Shown: piece after piece, positions 25,070 through 38,300 of the stretch
Layout of the letters: every line of letters begins with the position of its first letter
Numbering within the stretch: position 1 is the first letter of the stretch
From: Sphyrna mokarran
Lineage: Eukaryota
NCBI GenBank assembly: GCA_024679065.1
Contig: JAGIQG010000026.1
Span: 18,724,001-18,788,000, forward strand
Direction: 5' to 3'
Length of the DNA stretch: 64,000 nt
Translations under genes and position numbers: made by a program
The notes under the pieces: model-generated
The model's database searches: none
Told to the model about the DNA's origin: nothing
What the model saw: only the letters and a program-made list of their open reading frames with translations

Positions 25070-25335
25070 TAAAATTAGAGACTTAGTTTTAAGAGGGAAG
25101 AGATACAAAAGGATACAAAGGGGCACACAGAGAGTAGTAAGTATCTGGAACAAACTGCTAGAGGTAGTAGCAGAGGAGGGTACAATTTTGTCTTTAAAAA
25201 ACTTTTAAATAATTCCATGGATTAGATGGGATGTAGAGGGATATGGGCCAAACATGGGCAATTGGGACTAGCTTAGTGGTTAAAATAAAGGGTAGCACAG
25301 ACCGAAGGATCTGTTTCCATGCTTTAATCCTGTAT
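25070..25335 (+). mobile_element. CR1 LINE 3' fragment
   Basis: TQRVVSIWNKL motif and CR1-type 3' UTR. Confidence 0.7.
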
Positions 25336-27712
25336 GACTCTATCTTTCTTTCAAGGCATAATGTGTGTACCTACAGCACATGGATTGCAGCACTTCAAAA
25401 AGGCAGCTCATGTCCATCTTCTCCAGGACAGTTGGAGATGGGCAATAAATATTGGCCTCACTCATGTCACTTGAATGAATGAAAAAAAATCCCTATTGGA
25501 CACGAATAGCCTGCTGGTTGTCAGTCCAGAATTCAGAGTCGGCTCTCTGGTTTCTGCTTAACAAGAGTGACAGGAGCAGCATTCGAATCTGGGTCTTCCG
25601 AGTCAAAGGTTGGTGTATTACCATTAAACCAAGGCTATTAGTTAACCTCAAAACTGTAGGATTCTTGGAACGATTAATTATATGGGGGTTGGGGAATTTG
25701 GGAGAATGTAGATGGGCTGGCCAGAAGTAGTGTTAGGATCACCACTGACTTGGATTCAGAATCTCAAAGCTGTCAGTGGTCAAATCTGAAGAAAATACCA
25801 TAGCAGAGACAGCAATGGGACTTGAGGAAGCAGTTCAGAAGTCACCAATCATTTGGATTCAATCTGGGCAATAAAAGATGTAAAGTAGGATGAGAAAATG
25901 AGTGACATAGCCCATATATCATGTTGAACTAAGAGTTAAGATGTGGAACCTGCAAAGCATTTATTCTCCTACCCAGCAAGCCAATATATGGACAAAACAG
26001 CAGAGTACAAGCACAAAGTCATGTACTTTGGATACAACACACCTTGAATAGCAATTTGAATGTCATGGGGCCGATGGGGGACTTGTCTGCCATCAGAAAA
26101 CCTGTGGGGAACCCTCCTCACTTCAGTGAGGGAAGCCCAGTGGAACCAAGTGCTCATTAGGTACTTAAATGTCCATTATCAAGCTTCCCACATAACAGAG
26201 GTCCACAGCAGGAGGGGTTTTGCCCACCAAGAACTCCTAGGCAATCGGAGGCTGGCCACGAAGCATCAGTACCAACAAGAGCACTGGCTGTAGGTGTCAC
26301 TTTATCCACCAGAGGCCCAGCAATATTGTGGGATCTTAGACCAAAAGTCAATGGGAAAGGATGGCATTCAGCCCCCTCCCCTCCCCACCACTTCACAAGC
26401 ATTTGACAATGAGGGATGGCCCCTGGGAGGCTACTGGCAAATGCGAAATGAGAGCTGGGCACTGTGCTGCTGTTAAATCTTTGAGGTGCCACTAAATAGT
26501 GATGGCCTCAGGGATCATGTATATCAATTAACTTACTACTGAGCCTCATTGACAGCTCTGGAGCGGCAGCCGGGAATTCCATGCCAACTCCTTCAGGGGA
26601 AGTTCTCCTGCAATTAGCAGATTGATGCAGGGTCTCTCATGCACAGGCCTAGATGCCATGGCGCCCGCCACAACAGGTTGCATTAAATCCAACCCATAGC
26701 GTCAAATCCGTTTACAGAGATAACAAGGCAACATTCAGATTCTTTTTTTGTATTGCTACTAATCAGGAGCCCGGTCTTCTGGGTCAGTAGTTTTGAGTTG
26801 AAGAGCAACCGTGGGGATTTATGCTTTTCAACCTTGAGAGGAAATGCTAAAGAGATGATCTTTCAGAAGTACATGGGGTAGTTAAATGTGTGAAAAAGCT
26901 GAATCCTTGGAAGTATTTGAAGCTGAATTGCGAGACTAGAGGAAGAGTATAAGAGGAATCAGGGGTTATGGGGGAAAGGCAGGAGAATGAGGATGAGAAA
27001 AATATCCACTATGATTGGATGGCAGAGCAGACTAGATGGACCGAGTGGCCTAATTCTGCTTCTATGTCTTATGGTGTGCTTTTTTGCTTCTGGAATGGGG
27101 AGCTGTCTAGTGTATCCCACCAGTCAGTCCCCACTTGTCAAATTCAGCACTAAGACTGGGACTTCAATCCTTGAGTCTGAGAAGATTCCCAACTCAGCCT
27201 GCCTTCATAAGGACTTGGTGGCAGGGATGGAGATGGGTGTAATGGCTCGAGTTACCCTCCATACACTCCCCCTTCAGCCTCCACACACGCTCTCCCCTTA
27301 CTCTCCACGCTCCATTCATGCTCCCATACCAAGCCAAGACATTTGCATTCCCATTCACCCACTGTGCACTGTATAGGGCCAAGGAACCCTATAATGATGG
27401 TAAGTTGTGTTTAAAAAAAAACATAATTCACAATAATCATTCTGACCCTTTGAAATTTCAGTAACTGATAGCCTTCGAAACCTCTTTTTTTTATCCTGTG
27501 TAAATAAATTGGAGTTGACAGCATAAGTAAGAGAGCCAGAGCTATCAATTGGGCAGTCTTTTCTCTGGGGTTCAAGTGTTTCAACAGGCTAATGGATTTC
27601 TGGGCTCTCAGCCAAGGCTCATTATGTATTCTTGGCTGAGAGGTGAGACATCAGAGTGCTAGAACACCTGCGTCTCAGAGAAAACGTTGATACTTCTGTT
27701 AGGGTGTAGTAA

Positions 27713-28642
27713 ATAGAACATAGAACATTACAGCACAGAACAGGCCCTTCGGCCTTCGATGTTGCGCCGACCAATATAAAAAGCAATGCCCCTCCAAACT
27801 AAACCATTCCCTTCTCTTCCATATACTTATCAACTAACCTCTTAAACGCCACCAAACTTGGCGCATCTACAACCGCTGCAGGCAGGGCATTCCACTCCCG
27901 AACCACCCTTTGGGTAAAGAACCTACCTCTGATATCCGTCCTATAACTATCACCCCTTAATTTAAAGCTGTGTCCCCTCGTGCTAGCTTTCTCCATCCTA
28001 GGAAAAAGGCTATCACTGTCCACCCTATCTAAACCTCTAATCATCTTATATGTTTCGATTAGGTCCCCTCTTAGCCGCCTCCTTTCTAACGAAAACAACC
28101 TCAAATCCCTCAGCCTCTCTTCATAAGACCTGCCCTCCATACCAGGCAACATCCTGGTAAACCTCCTCTGTACCCTCTCCAATGCCTCCACATCTTTCTT
28201 ATAATGTGGGGACCAGAACTGCACACAATACTCCAAGTGCGGCCGCACTAGAGTTTTGTACAGTTGCAACATGACGTTGCGGCTCCGAAATTCAATCCCT
28301 CTACCAATAAAAGCCAAGACTCCATATGCCTTCCTAACAACCTTCTCGACCTGACTGCCTACTTTCAGGGATCTATGCACATACACACCAAGATCCCTCT
28401 GTTCATCTAGACTACTAAGAATCCTACCATTTGCCCTATACTCTACACATTTATTATTTCTGCCATAGTGCATTACCTCACACTTTTCCACATTAAACTC
28501 CATTTGCCACCTCTCGGCCCAGCTCTGCAACTTGTCCAAGTCCCTCTGCAAACTATAACACCCCTCTTCACTATCTACCACTCCACCGACTTTAGTGTCA
28601 TCTGCAAATTTACTAATCCATCCTTCAATACCCTCATCCAGA
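27713..28642 (-). mobile_element. Young 5'-truncated CR1-clade (HER1-like) LINE: RT C-terminus, 3' UTR and tail
   Basis: Uninterrupted ORF 27799-28581 (..LYKTLVRPHLEYCVQFWSPHYKKDVEALERVQRRFTRM..) preceded by KFADD, with an (atgttct)n tail. Confidence 0.95.
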
Positions 28643-30924
28643 TCCAGAAAATAGGATTTTTTTAAAAAAGAAAATGCAAAGTTATCAACTAACGGTATTT
28701 AGGGATGGGCTTTAAATGCTGGCAAGGCAATAATTGCATGAGTAAAAATACTGTCATTGACCTTGAGCCCCTTTTGAAGTTACAAATTTGTGCTCCCTCC
28801 CCCCTTCCCCCTAACTCTCAATACAATGCCACAGGAAATTAAATAGTACCTATACGTATATTCTGTTTTCTGGGCCATAAATTGCAAAATTTGAAACTCT
28901 TCCCAACAATTCAGAAGTTAAATGTGAATAAAACAGTTACAATCGATTGGAATTAGACAAAGAAATTGCTAACTCACCAGGCTCTTTCTGGAGCTGTTAC
29001 AACATTTTGCCACATGTATGTAGTTATTTTTATACTTATTAAATTACAATTGTAGTCTGCTTCAAGGTGTAAAATGTTGGCAGTAGGAGAAGATTCCCCT
29101 TTGAATGAGAAACCCACCCCCTGTGTCCCACTCCATTCCCCAGGGCTTCATTAAGAATAAAGAAACAGACTTGACTCAGCAGCACAAATTGTACAATTTG
29201 CAATTTTACAGCAACACTGTGCACGTCAGTGGATGAGGCATACATTTGCAAATTGAGCACTACTTTTGTGGTCTATTTGAAATCTTTTCACATTGAACTT
29301 GGATCATCAGGTACTGAATGTACTATTTATCTTACCACTCTATTTTTCACTTAAAAGTAAGTGGTAAGCTTGACAACACTGAGATTAAAAAGTATCAAAT
29401 TCCATATGTTTAAATTCAGTTTAATTCCATTCTACATGTGGTCTATTGAACTGCAGTTGTGTTGAAGTGGATTGTTGGGTTAAATTATTTTGCCCCTTGT
29501 TTAAAACGGCTGAAGATAAAAACATGAGATATCGGAGCTGGAGTAGACCATCAGTCTCCCTGGGCCCTACTTTACCATTTTAATTCTAAGTGCTGGACAG
29601 ACTTGAAACTGGAAGTGTTTCAGATCCAACTTTTAGACTCGTTCTGAGACACCCCTGTACGCACTCTGCCTGAAAAAATATTAGCAATTCTGAATCATAC
29701 TGTAGAAGCTTGAGGGTGGGGCTTAAAGTATCCAAAACCCTGCAGTTCTGATCGGCGCCTCTCCAACTGCGCGTGCACAGCCAAAAAATTGATAGAATAC
29801 TCCTCCCCTGCCACATCTCTGCCAGGCTGGATAATGCCTCCCTTTGGCCCCCACAGACGTTACCCCATCCACATTACATTACTGACCCTATTATCCTCCC
29901 CCCCCATCAACCTAACACCCAGACCAGTCGTGGCCCCCTCTTCCCATTCCCCCACAGGCAGAGTGGCAGCGGTCCCCTCCTTCCCTCTCACAGGCAGAGT
30001 GACCCCACCCCACCCCCTTCACTCCCACAAATCTCAAACGGAGAGCCATCAGACACTCAGCACTTAGCTCTTCATTTGCCGGAGCACTCAAATCAGACTT
30101 TTGTAGAGCAGGTCTGTTTCACACCAAATCTGGATGATTGAACCCGGTGGTAAAGGGGGAAGTGCAAGTAAGGTTGGGTATGCAGCCCATTAATTCAATT
30201 TAAATGCATGCAAATGTACTTATGGTGGTCATGACTATTTCGAGCATGGTCCCAATCGCGACCATTTTTGAGTCTTGGTAAAGGGGGAATCGGCGCAGGC
30301 ATGGATTGCGCTATTCATGTCACACCCGACTTTGCCGAATTTTCACACCCAAAAACAGGCGTAACGTGATGGCAAAATTGGACCCCAAGTCTGCTCTATC
30401 TTTCAGTATGTTCTTAGCTAATCTCCTGCCAGAACTCTACTTTCTCACTCACTCCCCATATCCTTTGATTAACTGGGATCGGCCTAACCCAAACTTGAAC
30501 ATACTGTATGATAGAGCATCACAACCTTCTTTAGCTGTGAGTTCCAAAGGCTTCAAATCCTGTTTGGGGGTGTGTTGGGGAAAGAAATTTCTCTTAATCG
30601 CTGTCGTAAATAATCAAGCCTATATCTTGTGGCTATACCGCTATATTCTAGATTCCCCATCTAGGAGAAAGCAGTGTCAGTGTCTTATCTGTTGTTCCCC
30701 TTCAGAATCTTGCAAATTTCAATGAGATAAAAATATATATAGGTGCAGAAGTAGGTCATTCAGCCCATTAAGTCTCCTCCCCCATTCAAGATCATTGCTG
30801 ATCTAATCTCTCCTTTGCTCCCTCATTGATCAAACATTATTCATATTGCCTTGACTGTATTCAATGACCTAACCTCCACTGCTCTGTGGAAGACAATTCC
30901 AAACACTAATTATCCTCAGAGAAG

Positions 30925-31919
30925 TGCACTGTGCCTTTAAAAAATGTATTTTTATCATGTTTCTTAGAAGAAGTATGTCTAAAATTCAGCTCTATTTTAC
31001 ATGGTGCTGATTTGTCTGCTGAGAATGTAAGCTGATGATTGAGCTTGGCTGGGGATGTGTTTTCTTTAATTGGAGTTAATGTACTTTTGTTCACTTTGGT
31101 TTTTCCTCTGGGGTTTCAGAGCAGGGGATTAATTAGGTTGATTGACAGAGGCAGAGTCCTGTGAATGGGCAGACATAAGCTTGCAGAGAAAATGCACAGT
31201 TCTCTTTTATTCAAAAACTGTTGGTTTCTGTCTGCTCCTGAAAGAAACAAGAGGTGCCTTTCTGTCTGTCTCTCTGTCTCTGGAGGCTGCTGTTTGGGGC
31301 TATCGAAGACATGCCTTTCTTTCTCTCTCCCTTTCTCTTCAGAGATGTTCAAAGATTCTAAAGCTATTAAAAAGTACAAACATAAAAGCCTAGGAGTTTG
31401 CTAACTGATTTTGAAAAGAGATTTAAGTCTGTAAGAGGAATATTGTTGAATTGGCACTGACGGATATCAGAGGTAGGTTCTTTACCCAAAGGGTGGTTCG
31501 GGAGTGGAATGCCCTGCCTGCAGCAGTTGTAGATGCGCCAAGTTTGGTGGCGTTTAAGAGGTTAGTTGATAAGTATATGGAAAAGAAGGGAATGGTTTAG
31601 TTTGGAGGGGCATTGCTTTTTATATTGGTCGGCACAACATCGAAGGCCGAAGGGCCTGTTCTATGCTGTAATGTTCTATGTTCTATATATATATATATCT
31701 TCTTATATTTAAGCATTTCAAGGTAAAAGTTAAGCTAATTCATTTGTTAAACTGTATTGTTAAATAAAATTTGTTTTGATAGAAGCTTCTTAGTGTGTCA
31801 GTAGAATCACACCTGGTGTGAAATACCTTATCCTCACACCAATGCCAAAGTAGAAGAATTGTTGGAATCTAGTTGGGCTTCATAACATATTTTGGGGTTT
31901 CTGCCCTGGTACCGTAGCA
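30925..31919. mobile_element. Probable solo LTR (Gypsy/ERV-type)
   Basis: Begins TG (30925), ends CA (31919), flanked by the 4-bp direct repeat GAAG (30921-30924, 31920-31923). It interrupts a CR1 sequence that resumes exactly after it. AATAAA near 31763. Confidence 0.72.
31458..31686 (+). mobile_element. Very young CR1 3'-end fragment inserted in a solo LTR
   Basis: Four mismatches over about 227 bp against the reverse complement of 27714-27940. Confidence 0.92.
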
Positions 31920-33690
31920 GAAGAAATTGCTCCTCCCCCTTATCAAATATTCAGCCTTTCAATATTGGGGTACCTTCTTATCCTAAGAACATATCCAGTG
32001 AACGTTTTGCTGTATAAGTTCCAATGCAAGAAATAATTGTATCATCTCTACTGGAAGTAGATCCTTTCTTAAATATGGAGACCTGAACTGCAAACTGAAT
32101 TCCTGGTGTAGTCACACCAAAGCCCTCTCCAATTGTAGCAATCCTTCCTTGCTTTTGTATTCCAGTCCTCTTGCAGTACATGCCATTTGTCTTACTAATT
32201 GCTTGCTGCACTTGCCATGCCACCTTCTTGTGTTCCTGTTCCTGGTACAAGAACATGGAAGTCTCTCTGAACACCAACATTTAAAAGTTTCATGACTTGT
32301 AAAAAATATTCAATTTTTCTGTTCTTACACCCAAAGTGAACAACTTCACATACGCTCACATTATACTCCAAGTTTACCACCACCTTACTGCCCATTCACT
32401 TTACCTGGTTTTACCCTCACAGCTTATACTTCCATCTAGCTTTGTATCATTGGCACACTTGGATGCATTGCCCTTAGTCTGTCTCAGTTATAGTTTGAGG
32501 CACTGACATTGCACTTTGTAGCACTCCATTGTTAGAGTCTACCATCTTGAAAATGTTCAGATTATTACTAATTTCTGGTTTCTGTCTGTTAACCAATCCT
32601 CTATTTATATTAATGCATCACCCTTCTCCATCTCTTGCAAATTAACTTCTTATTTGGCAGCAATTGGAAATCCAAGTCTGCTAATGTCTCCCTTTTATCT
32701 ATCCTACTCGTTACATCCTACATTACATTTGCCATATATGATTATGCAAAACTCTATCCTCCACTTTACTGCTACACTTTTATAACATTATAAGCCATTT
32801 TCTTCAATCTAATTCCTGTTTCTAATTTCCCTAGCACATTGCGAATGGATATTACTGAATTTATGTTTTTGAATGCATTTTTTAAATTATTTTAATGTTT
32901 CCTACTTTTACTGCACCTTTGTAATTTTTGATCTATTTATCCAATCAATCTTCCCTCAGACCTGTGAAATTAGCTTTGCTTAAGTTTTAAGATTTGGACA
33001 CGAACATGTCTCTCTTGCATTTTAAATAGAATTCAGTTACTTTATGATCAGTTTTATCCAGAGGACCTTTGAATATGCAACTACTAATTAACCCTGCTTC
33101 ATTATACAATATGCGATCTAAAATAGATTTGTCCCTAGCTGGTTCGGCAATCTTTTGTTCTCGGATAAATTCACAGAAGTATTCTGCAATCTAATTTTCC
33201 AGAAAACCTTTGCCAATTTGATTTCAGTCTTTATGAAAATTAAAATTCCTCTGCAATTATTACATTGCTTTTTGTTTAAAGCTCCATTATTATTTTGTTT
33301 AATACCCTATTCAATGGTATAACTATTGTTAAGAATCTTTATTTTACACCCACCCATGTTACCCCATCTTATTCATAATCAATCAACACCTATACTAATT
33401 CTACTTTCTGATTTGAGTTAAGATTCTCTGTTACTGTTGTCCTGATTTAGTATTAGGGCTACTGTTCCTCTTTCATTCTAACATTTTAAAATGTTGTGTA
33501 CTTGGAATATTTATTTGCAAACCTTGGCCACCTTGCAATCCAATGATGGGATTTTCTCTGCTCCCTCTCCCTGCATGGCTTGTTTCCCAGTAGTGGTGGC
33601 AACTTACCGTTGATTGCTGGCAGGATCTTCCAGTCCCACCTCTGTCTACAGAATTTTGTACGTTTCAAACCCTCTGTGAAGTGAAGTGAA

Positions 33691-33945
33691 GTTTACTTAC
33701 TAGTCACAAGTAGGCTTACATTAACATTGCAATGAAGTTATATGAAAATCCTTTGGTTGCCACGTTCCGGTGCCTGTTCGGATACACTGAGGGAGAATTT
33801 AGCTTGGCCGGTGCACCTAACCAGCATGTCTTTCGGACTGTGAGAGGAAACTGGAGTACCCGCAGAAAACCCATGCAGACACGGGGAGAAAGTGAAAACT
33901 CCATACAGACAGTGACCCAAGCTAGGACTCGGACCTGGGTCCCTG
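33691..33945 (-). mobile_element. HE1-type SINE (type B tail)
   Basis: Reverse complement of the body and gtaagcctacttgtgac tail. Confidence 0.88.
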
Positions 33946-34989
33946 TCCCTGTGTGTTGCCAGAGAAGCTTCATCATCTGCGGGACTGGATTTATATCAAA
34001 TCATTTACCTCTATTTGTGTAGTTAGGTTGTCTATCCTGGTGGAATTATTTCATACATTCATATTCTTCTTCTGAGTTCTCCAAGCTGAGATCTCCACAT
34101 CGGTAGGGCAAAGAGATAGGCTCTGAATGCATCCCAGCTGGAACAGGGATTGAACCCCAGGCTGTTGACATCAACCTGATCCACATTGGCCATCCAGCTA
34201 ACTGAGCCAACTGCCCTTGTCTCCTTGTCCCTAAGATAGTGTGAGTTGCTGTGACAATGTATATTTTTACATGTATGTTGTTGTCTGGAACTGTAGATGG
34301 TTAAGGTTTCAATTTCTTTCCATCACTTGGCTGACAGGAATGTCTCCTGCTTATAGCACTTGCAATTGGAAGGATCGACCCATTGATCATCAACTATTTG
34401 ACCACATCATGAATCTTTCCTGACCAATAAGTCTTGAACTGGGGAGCTAAACCTTGAGCTGCTGGTTCAGGGGAAAGGAAAAGACCCACTGCTACAAGAC
34501 CCTCTTTCTGATAAAGAGCCTTTCAACAGATCAAGAGTCTTTTAATTATACTTTTTCTTCAATGCTTTATATGAACCTTATTCATTGGTACATTGTGTAA
34601 ATTGCTGCACTGACCATTGCCTTGACTTATCATTTTAGATTTCTAAACCATTCTTAAGCTGACCCTTCGTGACCACCTTTTGATTTGTTTTATTAGTTAA
34701 TTACCTGCAAATTAAATAATAGCAAGTTATAGTTTCCTGTCTGAAGCCTACCCAGATAGCTAAGCTGTAAGTATTGGCAATCTATGGACAATACTCTATT
34801 GATTTTTGCTCTAAGAGACACCAAAATCAATTCTGTTCCCATCACAGCCGATTTGTCTACTCTTCATCAATAAATTCTATTTAGATTGTGTCTTTAATGC
34901 AGTAAATTGCCCGAGTGGTTAACAGAGGCATATTCAAAAAAGATCCTCAGCACTGATTAGGAATCAAATCGAAGACTATGACAGCTGTA

Positions 34990-35325
34990 GTGGCGGCACA
35001 GTGGTACAGTGGTTAACACTGCTGCCCTCAGTGCCAGGGACCCTGGTTCGATTCTGAGCTTGGGTCACTGTCTGTGCGGAGTCTGCACCTTCTCCCCATA
35101 TTTGTGCAGGTTTCCTCCAGGTGCTCCGGTTTCCTCTCACAATCCAAAGATGTGCAGGTTAAATGCCTTAGCCATGCTAAATTGCCCCCTTAGTGTCCCA
35201 AGATCTAATCCATTAGATATGATAAATGTGTGGGATTACGGGAATAGGGCAAGATGGAGGGCCTGGGTAACATAATCTGTCAGAGATTTGGTCCGTACTC
35301 AATGGACTGAATGGCCTTTTCTACT
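34990..35325 (+). mobile_element. HE1-type SINE (type A)
   Basis: gtggttaacactgctgcc..ggttcgattc head with the HE1 body. Confidence 0.88.
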
Positions 35326-38300
35326 ATGAACATCTCATCTGAAAGGTGGCACCCCCTACACTCCAGCAGTCTCTCAATTGCACTGGCATGTCAACCGTGT
35401 TTCTGGAGTGAGACTTGAACGCACAATCTACTGACTCAGCGACCCACGCAAGCCAAGGTTGGCATCAAGGGAATTTCCAAATACATAAATCATAGAAATA
35501 ACATTTTTTATAAGCAAAGGAAGTAAGTATCTTGCCCAGGAACTTACAAAGCATGTTGAATCAAGAAATAAGGTTTGGAAGTCACGTCAACTTCATACAA
35601 TACATTCAGCTTCATTCCCTAAAGGATCAAAAACCAATTTAAAATGAAGTTATTAATACATCCAGCAAATTTTAACATTCCAAGGAGGTTCACAAGCATA
35701 TTGGGCCTTAAAGCATGACACTGGTTAATACTATGTGAAATACTGATTATCACTTCGTAGATATTTTACAGCTATTGAGAGGGGTACAGCATAACTTGGA
35801 ATGGGAAAAGCTACACAGAATGGCTGAGAAAGCTACATTCTAATTTTGTTAGAAAATAGCAAATGAAATTAGTCAGACTGACAGGATTTGAAGTCATTTA
35901 ATAGTTAGGAGCGTGGCCATAAATAGGGAACTTATACAGAGCATTTTCACACAGCTTACTAGATTCCCAGAATAATTTTCCCACCGTAATAATAGCATAA
36001 AAATGGTGGAGAGACGTATTTTCTGAAGAAAGAACAGACTGAAATTGAACTTCAGATTGAAATCTAGTAAAAGGTAAAGGGCATCTAGTAAAGGGCATCT
36101 TGGGCTGAATGGTCTCCTCCTGTTTAACCCAGTTTCTGTTTGTTGGTAATTCCATTCGGAATCCATATGGAACCATTAGCACTGTGAAAAGGGGAACGGC
36201 TTTTCTTTTGTGAGCAACATCTGACCATAGCCTTGCCTTGTTAGGGCTCTCATATCTGAGTCAGTTGCTGGGAGCCTAAGACCTACTCCAGCATGTAATT
36301 CTGACTGACAGGGTAGTGCAGTACTGAGAAAGTACTGTAGTGTTGATGGCACCATCTTTCAAATACAGTGTCCAACCTAAGGCATTGGTTGACATGAGGA
36401 ATCCCACGGCACTGTTTGAAATTGAGCTGAGGAATATCTCCTAAAATCTCCGGTACTTTTTCCTCAACCAGTTATTCAGGCATGTATCCCCAAGTGGGAT
36501 TTTCCACGCAACCCTCCACAAATCCACCTGCCATTGGCTAATGGCAGGATCTTCTGCTATTTTCAACAGGATTTCCTGTTCCAGCGACGACGGGTGCACC
36601 ATTGGCAGGTCAGGAAGATCCTGCCGGCGTGATCGGCCAGAAAATTCCAGTCCTCATTTCTGTTTGTGGTTCCTACCTTTTAAAGTTGAAGTTTATTTTA
36701 TTAGTATCACAAGTAGGCTTATATTAACTATTTGTTATTAATTATAACACTGCACTAAGTTGCTGTGAAAATCCCCTGTTATACAGTCGCTACATTTCAG
36801 AAATATTTAATTGGTTGTAAAGCACTTTGACATGCTCTGAGAAGGGTGCCTTATCAATGCGTGTCTGTTTCCTTCTTTTATGTTTTCTAAATATGTGACC
36901 TGTGAACAGTGAATAAGAAGTAATTTGAATCTTCTGCAATAATTAAGTGAATTTTTGAAGTTGGGGGCTATCAGAACTAGTGTACTTACTTAATCATGAT
37001 CCCTTTATTACATAACCAGCTGCAAAGTAAAACCCCATTTCCTACATTCGTGGCTCCCATGTCCTTGTCGAGTAAGATAGTAAAAGTGTGATGAATTTAT
37101 GGCATTTGCTGTTTAATTCACCAGTCACTAGATTCTGGGTTGACACTGTCCTCTATTTCTCAAACAACAAGAGAACAATGATTATCATTGCATGGCTGGG
37201 GTTGAATACAAATAAAACAATAATGTGCAAGCCTTGAACTGTTCAAATTGTATAATAAATGATGGTAAAATGGCTTCAGACAGTTCTGTAAGAAATCCAG
37301 CACACCACATAACTGGTTCATCAACACAGCCTGTAAATAAATATGCATAAACTAACTGCTGCTTATTGTTAAATTAAAGGAAGTGCTTACCACAGTACAC
37401 TTTCTTGTAGCTACACTGTGGTTCTACACATCAAGGAAGGTGATCAAATTAAATAAGTAGGAAGCACTCAAAGCCTTGATATTGCAACACTTGGGCAATA
37501 TAAGATGTCCTCGTGTAAGTCTACTTTTCTGTATTAATTTGTAGTCTGCCTTCTTGTGAACTTATTGCTTAAGTTTTCAAAGTAAAAGTGTGCAAAGTTG
37601 TAAAAATTGGGCACAGTTTGCTGGATCTGTAGATCAAAAAGGGTGATGAGGCTGGAAAACTGTACATTTTAATCTTAGGAAAATTAGTAATGATCTGGCG
37701 CGATATAAGTTTACTCCTTTAGAAGTGTGCGGCATCAGACTTTGTGGTGAACATAAAGACTGAATTGGAAAAGGCATCTTTATGTATCTGTGTCATTTTG
37801 ATTTCTTAATCTTGCAGCAGACTATGAGATGGACAGAAAATTTGCTCGACCTGTGTGTACATTTAAAAAGTGAAAATATTTCTGTAACTTGTTTTCTTTC
37901 AAGGCCTAAATTTCTTTAGTTGGGTCTGCTGTTTGTGAAGCTTCTAGCAATGTTTTGTGGTTTGCTATTTTACCTGCCACTGTGAATTCTGCTGATGTTC
38001 AGCGCAGCCAAAGACTTGCAACAAATGTTTGTGTTTTGGAGGTGCTTCTTATCGCTTGTGTTGCATCTTTTCTTCATACGCTATTTTCTGAAATCACTAA
38101 AAATTATTTTAATCTTGAGTTCAGAGGAGGAAGAATGGATAAATTTGGCAGTTTATTTGACAGTGAAAGTTCCAACACTTGTACATTGTACCACAATGAT
38201 GGAAAATTTGAAATGATCAAGGTTGTCATGACATTTATCTGTTAAGGGAATCATTTTTTCAATATACGCTTCCTTCTGCCAATACCCTCCCTACAGTCCC

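Larger units (their letters stand above)
30730..32720 (-). mobile_element. Old CR1-clade LINE fragment, interrupted by the solo LTR
   Basis: CR1 3' UTR (gtaggtcattcagccc) at about 30750. Degenerate RT peptide CEVVHFGCKNRKIEYF..VGVQRD at 32195-32395. Confidence 0.8.

Noticed and set aside
30745-30760. AAGTAGGTCA RORE-like match
   Set aside because: Lies in a CR1 3' UTR remnant (gtaggccatt with one change); no independent support.
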